From: Octopus sinensis
Taxonomy: Eukaryota
Length of the DNA: 64,000 nucleotides
Assembly: GCF_006345805.1 (NCBI RefSeq)
Contig: NC_043009.1
Location: 24,304,001 to 24,368,000 of the forward strand
Direction: 5' to 3'
Part shown: positions 40,334 through 53,570 of the stretch, piece after piece
Position numbering within the stretch: position 1 is the stretch's first letter
Layout of the letters: the number at the start of each line of letters is the position of its first letter
The notes under the pieces: generated by a model
Databases searched by the model: none
Seen by the model: only the letters and a program-made list of their open reading frames with translations
Told to the model about the DNA's origin: nothing
Program-made: the position numbers and the translations under genes

Positions 40334-42157
40334 TTTTTTTTAGCTGCTATTTCTAATGAGTTCAGTATGCGGCAAAGTAATTTATTGTTTACTAGCCCTT
40401 TTATATAATGTAATAATTGAATTCGCCTTAATGGTCCCTTTGCATACTGATACTTGTTAAATTGATTAATTAATTATTTTACCCTCAATTTGAAATTATA
40501 TTCATCTCTCTCTATTAATGCCTCGGATTTTACCGAAAAAAGCATAGTGGTTTCTGATTTTAACCCACGCTGGTGGAAAGGGGAGAGCAGAAATTCTTCG
40601 CTTGCATATTTGAGTTTGCTGGCACTGTTAGTTTCGAGCAATCTCCGAAGCGATAGAAGCCGAAAGGTATGCTCCCACTTTCACAAGTGTTTTCAAATCC
40701 AAACCAAGGAGTCTGAGCTGGTGATAGAAGTGTCGAGTTTTTGGACTTAATCTTGAAACTTACGTTCCTCAAATAACCTTTGCATTTGATTTGTTAAATG
40801 TCTCTACCCCAATACTTTCGTGAGTTGAATTGAGCAAACACTATATGAGAGATGTTTCTTTAATATTAGAAATAGTTTTTAAAAAAGTTTTTTTTAGCTG
40901 CTATTTCTAATGATTCAGTATGCGGCAAAGTAATTATTACTAAGCCTTTTATATAATGTAATAATTTGAATTCGCCTTAATGGTCCCTTTGCATTCTGAA
41001 TACTTGGTGAAATTGATTAATTAATTAATTTTACCCCTCAATGGTTTCAAATTATAATTCATCTCTCTCTATTTATTGCCTCGGATTTTACCGAAAAAGC
41101 ATAGTTGTTTTACTGATTTTACCCACGCTGTTGGAAAGGGGAGAGCCAGAAATTCTTCGCTTGCATATTTGAGTTTGCTGCACTGTTAGTTTCGAGCAGA
41201 TCTTCAGAAGCGATAAGAAGCCGAAAGGGTATGCTCCCACTTTCAGTGTTTTCAAATCCAAACCAGGAGTTCTGAGCTGTGATAGAAGTGTCGAGTTTGA
41301 CTAATCTTGAAACGTACGTTCTCAAATAACCTTTTGCATTGTGATTTTTTAATGTCTCTACCCCCATACTTTCGTGAGTTTGAATTGAGCAAACACTATA
41401 TGAGAGAGGTTTTCTTTAAGTATTAGAAATAGTTTTTAAAAGTTTTTTTTAGCTGCTATTTCTAATGAGTTCAGTATGCGGCAAAGTAATTTATTTTACT
41501 AAGCCCTTTTATATAATGTAATATTTGAATTCGCCTTAAATGGTCCCTTTGCATACTGAATACTTGGTGAAATTGATTAATTAATTAATTTACCCTCAAT
41601 TGTTGAAATTATAATTCATCTCTCTCTATTTAATGCTCGGATTTTACCGAAAAAAGCATAGTTTTACTGATTTTAACCCACGCTGGTGGAAAGGGAGAGC
41701 AGAAATTCTTCGCTTGCATTTTGAGTTTGCTGGCACTGTTAGTTTCGAGCAGATCTTCAGAAGCGATAAGAAGCCGAAAGGGTATGCTCCCACTTTCAGT
41801 GTTTTCAAATCCAAACCAGAGAGTTCTGAGCTGATGATAGAAGTGTCGAGTTTGACTAATCTTGAAACGTACGTCTCAAAATAACCTTTGCATTTGATTT
41901 TTTAATGCTCTACCACCCCCATACTTTTTGTGAGTTGAATTGATCAAACACTATATGAGAGAGGTTTTCTTTAAGTATTAGAAATAGTTTTTAAAAAAGT
42001 TTTTTTAGCTGCTATTCTAATGAGTTCAGTATGCGGCAAAGTTATTTTACTAAGCCCCTTTTATATAATTAATAATTTGAATTCGCCTTAAATGGTCCCT
42101 TTGCATACTGAATACTTGGTGAAATTGATTAATTAATTAATTTTACCCTCAATGTTT
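40334..42157. repeat. Tandem array, ~555-bp unit, ~3.3 copies
   Basis: AGCTGCTATT at 40342, 40896, 41451 and 42007; copies differ mostly by 1-nt indels. Confidence 0.97.
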
Positions 42158-42174
42158 TAAATTATATATATATA

Positions 42175-42220
<46 letters not shown>

Positions 42221-42986
42221 TGTGTGTTGTGTATGTATTATGATTGTGCGTGCGTTCGTGCGCGCGTGTGTGGTAAATGTGTCTTTGTAAATGCTCTCAT
42301 CCCCCTCGACGGCCAGGCAACCAGTGTTGATTTGATAGACTTGCGCACATTTCCGGTTCAGCAATGGAGACCGGTGACAGTACGAATCAAGCAGATTATC
42401 TAGTACGTACTGGCATCGATTACTTCGACTAAAAACTGCCATGGTGGTGTCCCAGCATGGCCTTAGCCCGATAAAATTAAAAAGGAAATCTGTCAAGTAC
42501 CTAAAAATGGTCGAACCACGAAGTTCATTAAGGCCAATGTGAATAAATTCATGTGAATCAAAATGGTAACAGTACGTATGATTTCCATTCATGTGTATGA
42601 GTAACAAAGTCCATCCAGATAAGATACGATCTCACGATTCCAAATCCAGCCACGTATTTTAAACCCTACTTCAATTGATTCTCCTACCAACCTCGTGAAA
42701 TATATTGTAAGGAATAGAAATATCCTTATACACATAATGTATATACATTCCATACTGGTATATTGGTATATTCGAGACTGGCTAGTGGACAGACAGTCAA
42801 CGATGCTGCACAGAAAATTATGCCCGGGATCATGTCCAGCTGTCTATATTCTGTGCGGTGGAAAAACGTGTAGTTCATAGTCTGGAGGGGCGTCCAGATA
42901 GGGGATTTATACGCCATAAAAACAGGAAACCGACCATTATGAGTCGGTGCGACTCGTGATGGTAACTTGCCCTTTATTTTTATGTA

Positions 42987-43400
42987 GGCGTAGGAGTGGT
43001 TGTGTGATAAGTAGCTTGCTTACCAACCACATGGTTCCGGGTTCAGTCCCACTGCGCGGCAGCTTGGGCAAGTGTCTTCTACTATAGCTTCGGGCTGACC
43101 AAAGTCTTGTGAGTGGATTTGGTAGACGGATACTGAAAGAAGCCCGTCGTATATATGTATATATATACATGTATGTGTGTGTGTATATGTTGCTGTGTCT
43201 ATGTGTGTCCCCTCCCCAACATCGCTTGATAACCGATGCTAGTGTGTTTAAGTCCCCGTAAATTAGCAGTTCGGCAAAAGAGACCGATAGAAAAATACTA
43301 GGCTTACAAAGAATAAGTCCTGGGGTCGATTTGCTCGACTAAAGGCGGTGCTCCAGCATGGCCACAGTCAAATGACTGAAACAAGTAAAAGAGTAAAGAG
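42987..43400 (+). mobile_element. Full-length CORE-type tRNA SINE with internal microsatellite
   Basis: GGCGTAGGAGTGG head, GGTTCAGTCCC B box, CORE-like CTTGGGCAAGTGTCTT, tail AAACAAGTAAAAGAG. Confidence 0.9.
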
Positions 43401-43701
43401 TAGATCATAATAAAGATGAAACTATGCTGCATGTAACTGTAAATTAAAAGGAAGTAAATTTTCCGGATGTACTGGTCTCCATATTATCTGTAATTGTCGC
43501 TAATATACACTCCAGATAATATTACGATCCTGAGAAGCGAACACAGATTAAACCATCTAAGTAATTTACAGTGTGATTTACAACTCACAGTAGTCATAGA
43601 CGTTAACTAATAGTCGATGCGGTTAACCATAACCTGGAACATACCCGAGATCCACCACGGTATCCGCCCGGATAATATATTTCTCTAAACTCACACAATT
43701 T

Positions 43702-43749
<48 letters not shown>

Positions 43750-43980
43750 TGTGTCTACGTGTGTATTATATATTATATATTATGTATATGTGGTTTGTGT
43801 TTGTATGCATGTGGATTGATGCGCGTCTATGTGCATGCGTGTGTATGCGTACGCAGTATAAAACAGAGATAGATGTAGTGTACAGAAAAATTTCTGTGGA
43901 GTTTGTATTATGAATTGTACACAGGTAGGTAACTATGAATGTAAACATACATAATACATATATACATGTACTCATATATA

Positions 43981-44030
<50 letters not shown>

Positions 44031-44091
44031 ATATATATATATATATTCAAATCAATATACGTGCACAATATGTCAATAAATAACATGTATA

Positions 44092-44127
<36 letters not shown>

Positions 44128-44429
44128 TGTATGTATGTATGTATGTATGTATGTATGTATGTGTGCATGTCCATATATACTTATGGTGCTTAATTATATA
44201 ATGCGTTACGCTTCTTGTGAGTCATGGTTATTTCACATTTTCGCCCATTATCTTTCCTTTTGCAAGCAATAAAACCCGAACTTATGTCAGATATCATTAC
44301 AAACAACCACAAAGTATTTGGTCTTTCACTACTTCAGTCTTATATAACATCGGCGATAGTAGCGTTTTCACTGCCTGCGTCGCTTTTCGCAGATATACAT
44401 ACATATATATATACATACAAACACACACG

Positions 44430-44491
<62 letters not shown>

Positions 44492-44873
44492 TACATATTT
44501 ATATATATGTATATACACGCATGTATTTATATATACAGGCATGGCGCACTTTTATATCTGCGTGTACTCTTTCTCTTCTTGTCTGTATGAATATGTATAT
44601 ACCTATAAATATATATGCATATATATATATACACACACACACACCACAACACATATATATATATATTATATATATATATATATATACATAATACAGAATA
44701 TATATATATATATGAAAGAATGAATGTTTATATGTATATATGTAGATGTATATCTTTATACATATTTGTAAATGTAGGAATATTGTGTGTCTCTATATGT
44801 ATGAATATTTATAGATTCCTACGTGTTTGCATATACGATTGCATATACATACACACACACACACACACACACC

Positions 44874-44954
<81 letters not shown>

Positions 44955-45016
44955 CCATATACACATGCATATATACAAATGTATACATACATATACATAT
45001 GTATGTGTGTGTATAA

Positions 45017-45047
<31 letters not shown>

Positions 45048-45409
45048 TGTATGTATGTATGTATGTATGTATGTATATTGGCATATATATTACCATGTAT
45101 ATGCTTGCGTATGTGTTTCTCTGTATAACTCCAGCTCTGGCAGATTTCGTTAGATGGCTGCTCGTTCAGTGACCTTTCAGTAAGAATATTATTACGTGAA
45201 TATTTCTCTGAGAGTTGGTAATTTCACTGTAAATGGCGAGTCTTAGAGATCACAGAATATCTGAAATCAGGTAGTCAATAATCAGCATCGTATTGGCGCG
45301 GTTGTAGATGCTGCACTGGTATGTTATCGGATGCAAGACGGGAAACATATCCGAGTGTTGCTGAAAGAAATAAAAATGAATATTGCCAAGAAAAAAGGAA
45401 TTTCTTCAC

Positions 45410-46362
45410 GTGCATAATAACCTTAATGATGGTGATGCTTATGGCGATGATGATGATGAAGCCATTGGTGGTGGTGGTGGTGGTGGGTAAGGCAATTATG
45501 GTAATGATTGAGGTGGTGGCGGTGGCGATGATGGCGGCGATGATGATAATGATTGTGGTGGTGTTGGCGATGATGGTGCTGGTGATGTGCATAGTAATAT
45601 TAATGATGATGATGATTAAGTCGATGATGATGTTGGTGGTGGTGGCGGTGGTGGGCAAGGCCTTGATGATGGTGGTGTCAGTGTTGGCGATGATGGTGGC
45701 GATGATGGTGACGATGATGGTGGTGGTGACGTGCATAATAACATTAATTGATGATGATGATGATGTTGTTGTTGTTGTTGTTTTTGGTGGTGGTGGTGGT
45801 GGTGGTAAGGCCATGATGATAATGATTGTGGTGGTGATGGTGATGCTGGTGGTGTCGGTGGTGACGTAGTTATGGTGATGAGGACGATGATGATAAAGCC
45901 GACGACGATGATAATAATGATAATAATAATGATGATAATACTGATGATGATGATGTTCCTGCTGCTGCTGATGATAACGACATTGAGAGCGTCCATGAGT
46001 AGATGACGATGACGATGCCGGTGACGGTGGTTATGATCATGGGAGTAACTATATTATTAAAAATGCTAGTGCTAATAATAAAAGCGATACGAAGAATCGA
46101 AATAAAATTTAGCATTAATTCCAGAAAAGCAATAAACATAACAATATAAACAATATTAACAATAAATAATGATGGCATTGATAATGAAAAATAACGATAA
46201 TAATAAGAAAATTATTAATTTCAAAATGATAATAATAATAACAACAATAATAATGAATCAAAGAAACAGTAGTGGTAGTAGTGGTGGTGGTCTTGGTGGT
46301 GGTGGTGGTGGTGGTGGTGGTATGGCAGTAGTAGTAATAGCTGCAGCAGCAACAGCAATAGC

Positions 46363-46405
<43 letters not shown>

Positions 46406-46455
46406 AGTAGTAGTATGGCAGTAGTAGTAATAGCTGCAGCAGCAACAGCAATAGC

Positions 46456-46518
<63 letters not shown>

Positions 46519-46783
46519 TGGAGGAGGAGGAGAAATGATGATAGTGATGATGATGATGCTGATCATGATGATCATGGTGACGATGGTGATGACCAACACC
46601 GCGATGAAGAAGAGGCAGAAGGAGAAGAAGGAGAAGAAGAAGAAGAAGAAGAAGAAGAAGAAGAAGAAGAAGAAGAAGAAGAAGAAGAAGAAGAAGAAGA
46701 AGAAGAAGAAGAAGAAGAAGAAGAAGAAGAAGAAGAAGAAGAAGAAGAAGAAGAAGAAGAAGAAGAAGAAGAAGAAGAAGAAA
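45410..46783. repeat. Compound (GAT/GGT/GTA) cryptic trinucleotide tract ending in ~50 (GAA) units
   Basis: Direct reading; pure GAA ~46633-46782. Confidence 0.9.
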
Positions 46784-47188
46784 TAATACCAGAGAAGAAA
46801 AGTGACAAAAACGAGAAAGAAGAGGAAATAAATAAGAAGAATGTTTTTACTATTAATAATAATTATGCTAATATTAAAAGGAAATCGTAAGCGTCGAGGA
46901 TTATCAATCGGGAGGAAAATCAGTATAAAGTTATGTGATGTTGATAAATATGTGATGTGACGTCAGAGAATATTATTTTCTTTCTGTGATCAGTCATTTC
47001 TTAATAGCTAATATAGCAGTTAACGAGAAAACATTAAGCTACTGACTTTTCACTTCTTACTAGTAGAAATATCCAAGCCATATATATATATAAATGAAGA
47101 AAGAAAAATAGGATGAAGAAAAAAAGAGGAGAGAAAATATGGCCGTGAAAATAAAAGACAAATTATATAAGCTTACACATGTGTATTG

Positions 47189-47276
<88 letters not shown>

Positions 47277-48181
47277 GTGTGTATATGCATGCATATGTTT
47301 ATGCATAGGTAGGCACGTATGTATGCGTGTATGAATGGCGCTTATGAAGAAAAATGGAAAAGAAATTATGAAAGAGTCAACGAAAGATAGAAAGGAAGAA
47401 AGAGGAATACCGTATGAATGAATGAATAAATAAAAACGAATGAGGATCAAAAGAAACACTATATGAGTTATATACATACTTATATCTTATATACATATAT
47501 AATATATTACACATATATACATATATACATATACATGTTTAATGCATATATATATATATAAATATATTCGTACACAATTACTCACTAAACGATCCGAGAT
47601 GATATTAGCTTTTCTTAGAACCCAAGAAATGGTCAATTTATAAACGAGGAAATTTGAAGATTAATCTTAAGATGTACTTCTAAGGAATTGCTGTTATTCC
47701 TGACAGATTATTATTAATCGTTCTTCTGAAAGGAAATATTAAATAAGGGAAACTTACCTATTTGCTAAATTTGTCTTTTATCTTAAGCATTTTGTATCGT
47801 GTGATTAGTATTTCTGCACGTAATGATCAAACATCGACTCAGACCTGGATGTGACCGCCTAATAACTCAGCATCTACCTGCATATTTCTTTTAACTTTTG
47901 TCTTCACTTATTCTTCTGTTATTTATTCTCCTTTTATTATTTTTTCTTTTAAGATTGTGAGTGGCGCGATTATGTATATTTGTGTGTTTGTGTGTGCATG
48001 TGTGTGTATATATGAGCGTGTGTGTGTGTGTTTATGCATGTATGTTTATTCCAAGCATTTCTCTTCTAATAAATGACTTTAGATCCATTAATATATGCAC
48101 TTTCATTTACAAATACGAGATGGCCCCATACACCTATGGTATATCTATAGCTTTATCTATGAATCTATATCTGTATGTACA

Positions 48182-48212
<31 letters not shown>

Positions 48213-48349
48213 TATATATATATATATATAATTATATATATATACATACACAACACACATGTACAAGTTTTGTGGATATCTATGTCTTTCCTTTCCACAT
48301 CTCTTTCTCTCTCTCGCTTTCTGTAACTCCGTCTGAAATTCTGAATATT

Positions 48350-48564
48350 CTCTTCTACTCTAGGCACAAGGCCCGAAATTTTGTGAGGAGGGGGTCAGTC
48401 GATTAGATCGATTCCAGTACGCAACTGGTACTTAATTTATCGGCCCAGAAAGGATGAAAGTCAAAGTCGACCTCGGCGGAATTTAAACTCAGAACATAAT
48501 GACAGACGAAAAACTGCTAAGCATTTCGTCCGGCGTGCTAACGTTTCTACCAACTCACCGCCTT
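48350..48564 (-). mobile_element. Nin-type SINE (alternative tail)
   Basis: GGATGAAAGTCAAAGTCGACCTCGGCGGAATT; tail GGCACAAGGCCCGAAATTTT. Confidence 0.85.
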
Positions 48565-48676
48565 TTACTTTCTGCATATTCTCACACATACCATATTATT
48601 TGCGTGTGTGTGTATGGTTGTACATATTTCTCTCTCTCTCTCTATCTAATATATATATGTGTGTGTATGTGTACAG

Positions 48677-48804
<128 letters not shown>

Positions 48805-49552
48805 CTATATATATATAGTATGTATGTATGTATGTATGTATGTATGTATAATGTATATGCACAATTTTTTTTGTATAGATTATTTGTACCTTATAAAAAT
48901 TTCTTTTCGAAAACATAACTGTTAAACTTAATTGATTACAAGTTGTAAAGCTCGAAAAAGTAAAATGAAGGTACCTACATATATGTTTCAGTCCTGATCA
49001 GAAGTTCTAAGCACCTGGTTAAACGCTAAGAACAGTATCGTGTTCTAACTATACGGGTAGTATTACTTCAGGGTTATTTATGAGCTTATGGAAGTTAGGT
49101 TATCATTTTTATTCTGAAGGATGCAAACAGAATATTAGTGACTTCAAGAAGTTGAAAGCTATATATAGCAAGTGACGGATTCTATATATATTTAACTAAC
49201 AGTAAATGAAGCCTAGAAATTCAAATGTGTTAGCCAATTAGAAGTAGCTTATGATTTAAAATAATCGCTCCCTTACCCCCAATAATTTTGAAACTCTAAA
49301 AAATTAATATAACATATAGCATAGCTATTATAGCTTATCTATCATACATAATCAAATGCTTTATAATTTGAAAAAACTTTTTTGTGGAATTATTCTACGA
49401 TACTATATTAATACAAATATAAGTATAATTTTAATTTCAACTTTGACGAAAAGGAAAAATCCCCATATTGATATGTATTAAGAAGAACTATATACTGAAA
49501 ACCATAGTCTAACTGTATGTTTTTTTTATATATTTATATACATATATATGAT

Positions 49553-49620
<68 letters not shown>

Positions 49621-49741
49621 ATATAAATATAATATATATATATATATATTTGTATGGATTGTGGATTGTTTATCTTGTATCGTAATATCTGGTATATTAG
49701 AATCTATTATATGTATTTTCAAGTGAAGATTACTATAAATA

Positions 49742-49790
<49 letters not shown>

Positions 49791-49791
<1 letters not shown>

Positions 49792-50642
49792 TTTATTATA
49801 GCAGCTCAAGATCAATGCCTACCAACAAGAAACTACCAGGCCAACATATTAAAGATCAGAAGCAGTCCAACGTGTCGTGTATGCAAGCAACAAAATGAAA
49901 CCATTGACCATGTGGTCTCCAAGTGCAGTCTTCTAGCGCCTACAGAGTATCTCAACAGGCACGATAGAGCTGCACAATATATTCACTGGGTAATCTGTAA
50001 AAACCTGGATTGCCCCATGAAAAAACTGGTGGGAACACAAACCACCCCCAGTGCTTGAAAATGACCACATCTCACTCCTCTGGAACTTCACCATTCAAAC
50101 TGACAGGAAGATAGATGCAAATAGGCCAGACATCATATTGAAAGACTTCAAACAAAGAACATGCCTCCTCTGATATGAACTGTCCCAATCGATATAAACG
50201 TATCTGTCAAGACCTACCAAAAACTGAGCAAATATAAAGATCTTGAAATAGAAATCAGAAAATGTGGAAGCTGAAGACTAAAACAATACCTGTTGTCTAG
50301 GTGCCCTGGGAATGATAGCAAAAGGGGTTGATAGCTACCTAACTCAGATACAGGAAACCCAAAAATGGCAGAAGTTCAAAAGATAGTGCTCATGGGAAAT
50401 GCTCATATCCTACGCAAAATACTCTCTATGTAATCTCAGGTTTAAAACAACATAATTTCGATTTAAAAAAAAAAAAAAAAATTTTTTTTTAGACATTCAT
50501 TAGTACAACATCCCCACCCCCCAAATATATGGCACACTAGGCATAACAACAACATGAACTTCCAACCCTGTTGTCCCTTGAGGTCTCTGGGTGGGGCTTG
50601 GAGCCAACTTGTGCAAATATGGGGCAAGGGTCAGACGTGGAA
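49791..50642 (+). mobile_element. R4/Dong-clade non-LTR retrotransposon, 5'-truncated (CCHC, restriction-like endonuclease, 3'UTR), in (TAA)n
   Basis: AAQDQ.LPTRNY...CRVC....ETIDHVVSKC...YLNRHD; LLWNFTIQTDRKIDANRPDII; KLSKYKDL; flanked by TAA repeats, the known Dong target. Confidence 0.9.
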
Positions 50643-50917
50643 TAGTGATAATAGTAATAGTGGTAATAATAATAGTGGTAGTAATGGTAGTAATAATGAT
50701 AAAATAATAATAATAATAGTGATGGTAGTAATAATAATAATAATAATAATAATAATAGTAATACTAATAATAATAATAATAATAGTAATAGTAATAATAA
50801 TAATAATAATAAAATAATAATAATAATAATAATAGTAATAATAATGGTAATGATAATAATAATAATAATATAATAATAATAATAATAGTAGTAATAATAA
50901 TAATAATAATAATAGTA

Positions 50918-53567
50918 ATGACAAAAGACGACCACACCTGTTCACCGTCTAGGAAGCGCTTGAGATGCCGCAGCCTGAGCGCATGTCTGCGCAACAGTAA
51001 TCACGGCATTCCAAGGCCTCCGTTCAGCGGTCGTTGACAGCAGATGGATCGCCTGACCAGTGGCACCTGACCCTTCCACAAAAAGTCGAAGAGCAGACGT
51101 ACCAGCTTGGCCAACCAGCGGTCGGGACAAGGGACGACGGTCAAGCGGTAATAGATGACGGATGCGATGTACGCATTCGCCACCTCCGCTCGACCTTTCA
51201 GGGACAGCTTCCTCTCGGCCCATTTCTGGGTGAGACGTGCCACCCTGCTCGTCACCTCTTCCCAGTTCTTATCACCTGGAGATCCGGACCGAACCAGACC
51301 CCGAGCAGTTTAACGGGTCCGTCTGTCCAGCGCCCTACGACGCTGTTGGACGGCATGGGCTTGCCTCTCCAGGTGCCCAGTTGCAAGCCCACAGACTTTT
51401 CCGCGTTAATCTTTGCCCCTGTCACCGCTTCGTACTGGTTTAGCGTCTCGCCAATCAGGCCAATGTGCCTGTGGCTCGACACCACCACGGTGACGTCGTC
51501 GGCATAAGCAGACACGCTGTTTCCGCCTCCTAGATCGCGCGGGATACCCCTCAAAGCCTCCAACTTGCGCAGTAATGGCTCGAGAGTCAAAATGTACAAG
51601 AGGGAGGAGAGAGGGCATCCTTGGCGGACCGAACGCGAGATGTCGAACGGTTCCGAAAGGTGACCGTTCACCCGTATCACTGAGCAGATGTTGCTGTATA
51701 AAGCAGCGATCCACCGCGGAAGACTGGACCGAAGCCGGCTGCCTGAGGACAGCTGCCAGGTACCGATGGTCGACCCTATCGAAGGCTTTACTCTGATCCA
51801 AGTTGATCAAAGCCCCACCCGCGCCAGCGTCGTTACCCACCCTCTCTATGATGTAGCGCATGAGATGGAGGTTGTCGTGTATCGACCTGGTCGGCACGGC
51901 GTATGTCTGCGTCCGCCGACCAGCTTGTCCACGACAAGCGCCAATCTCTTGGCTAGCACCTTGGCCAAAATCTTCAACTCTGCATTGAGCAGAGTGATGG
52001 GCCGGAAATTCCTATAACGTCCCCCTTGTTGGGTCCTTCTTTAGCAAAGCCACCACCCCTCGACAGACAAAAGCAGGAATTCTCCCGTTTTGCTGCCAGT
52101 TGCAGTAGACGTTTGCCAACAGGTCCGCAAACAAGTCTGGCATTGAAAAGTAAAGCTGCTCGTAGGGCAGACCATCAAACCCGGCGATCTACCTCTCGTG
52201 CAACTCTTCATCGCTTCCTGTACTTCCCAGGCAGATATCGGTCCTTCGCAGCACTCTGCCTCGCTGTCGAGAGTTGCGGCAGTCCGTCCAGGTACACACC
52301 GAAGTCTGTACCGTTGGTGTCCGTTCCACCGCTCGTCCCAAACAGTTGAGCAAAGTGCCGCTGAAGCACCGTACACATCTGCTTCGGTTGGGTAACCTCG
52401 CGCCCGTTCTGGTCCACCAAAGACCGAATGGTTGCTCTGTTGCCTCGCTTCGCCTCCGCCACGCGGGCCCATCGAGCGGCTCTAGTCCCCTCCCCGCTTA
52501 GCGAACGTGCCTTAGCTCTGACAACGCAGCCTTCGTGTTTGGCGTCGAAGTGTTGGTCGAGGGCCAACCTTGCCGCCAACACGTCGGTCGCGATGCCAGT
52601 GTCAAGAGCCTCGTCTAGTTCTTAACTAAATCCCGCTCTCTCTTCCTACGTTCAATAGCTAGAGTCTTACTATACCTAATCGACTCTACTCTAATTGCTC
52701 TCTTGAGGGCAAACCACCAGTTGTTGTTGATGATTGCCCCCGTGAGCGCCCGCTTAACTAGTAAACTAATCCGGTCTCTGTAAGCTTTGCACGCCGTTAA
52801 CGACGCGTTCAGCTTCCAGTAGCCGGGTCCCTGTCTATGTAGCCTATCTAAGTCGACCGTACAGATCACTAATTTGTGGTCCGTATATTCGACTAGGTGG
52901 AATTGTGGACACCCTACGCTGTCCTTATCCGCTGGCCTACAAAACACTCTATCTAAGTACGATCTAGACGACCCGATGCGGTTTGTCCAAGTCCACATTG
53001 GCACATTCGGGTTGTCTAGTCGAAACCTGTCGGACAGCTGAAAGCGGCCGAGTAGGTTGGCGAGGCTCTTGCACCCTCCCCCTCTCCTATCAGACGCTCC
53101 CCTGCCCACCCGATCGAAACGTTCGTCTAAGACAGCGTTCCAATCCCCAACTAGTACTAGAGTGCGTGACGTTCCCAGGAAAACTTCCAGACGTTTGAAA
53201 TAATCCGACTGCCCTGCTCCTGTCGGAGCGTAGGCAGCCAGCAGTCTGAAAGCACCGCCGTCACTACCGTCCACGTCGAGGACCACCAACTTACCTTCCG
53301 GATCCAAGAAGACTGTCCTTATTTTCAGGTCCAGGCCCTTCCGAAACAACACCGCAGTGCCACCACCGCCCGCTCCGGCCGACACGGAGATAGAAATATC
53401 TCGTATCCGCCGAAAAGGGCTGCGAGTTCCTGCGGGTCGGAGAGCCTGGTTTCACTGATGGCTGCTACATCCACATCATGAAACCTCAGGTCGTTTAACA
53501 GGTGACCCTGTTTCCAAGGTGACCCGAGGCCTCTCACATTCAAGCAACCGATTCTAAGATTTGCCAT
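50918..53567 (-). pseudogene. LINE ORF2 (APE endonuclease + RT), frameshifted
   Basis: CLNVRGL, SET, GDWNA, YLDRVF, TDHK, GPGYWKLN, LDQSKAFDRVDH, VRQGCPLS, AYADD, KLSLKGR. Confidence 0.92.
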
Positions 53568-53570
53568 GTT

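Noticed and set aside
40334-42157. CRISPR-like or rDNA array
   Set aside because: Eukaryotic context, no unique spacers, and no recognisable 5S, snRNA or rRNA sequence.
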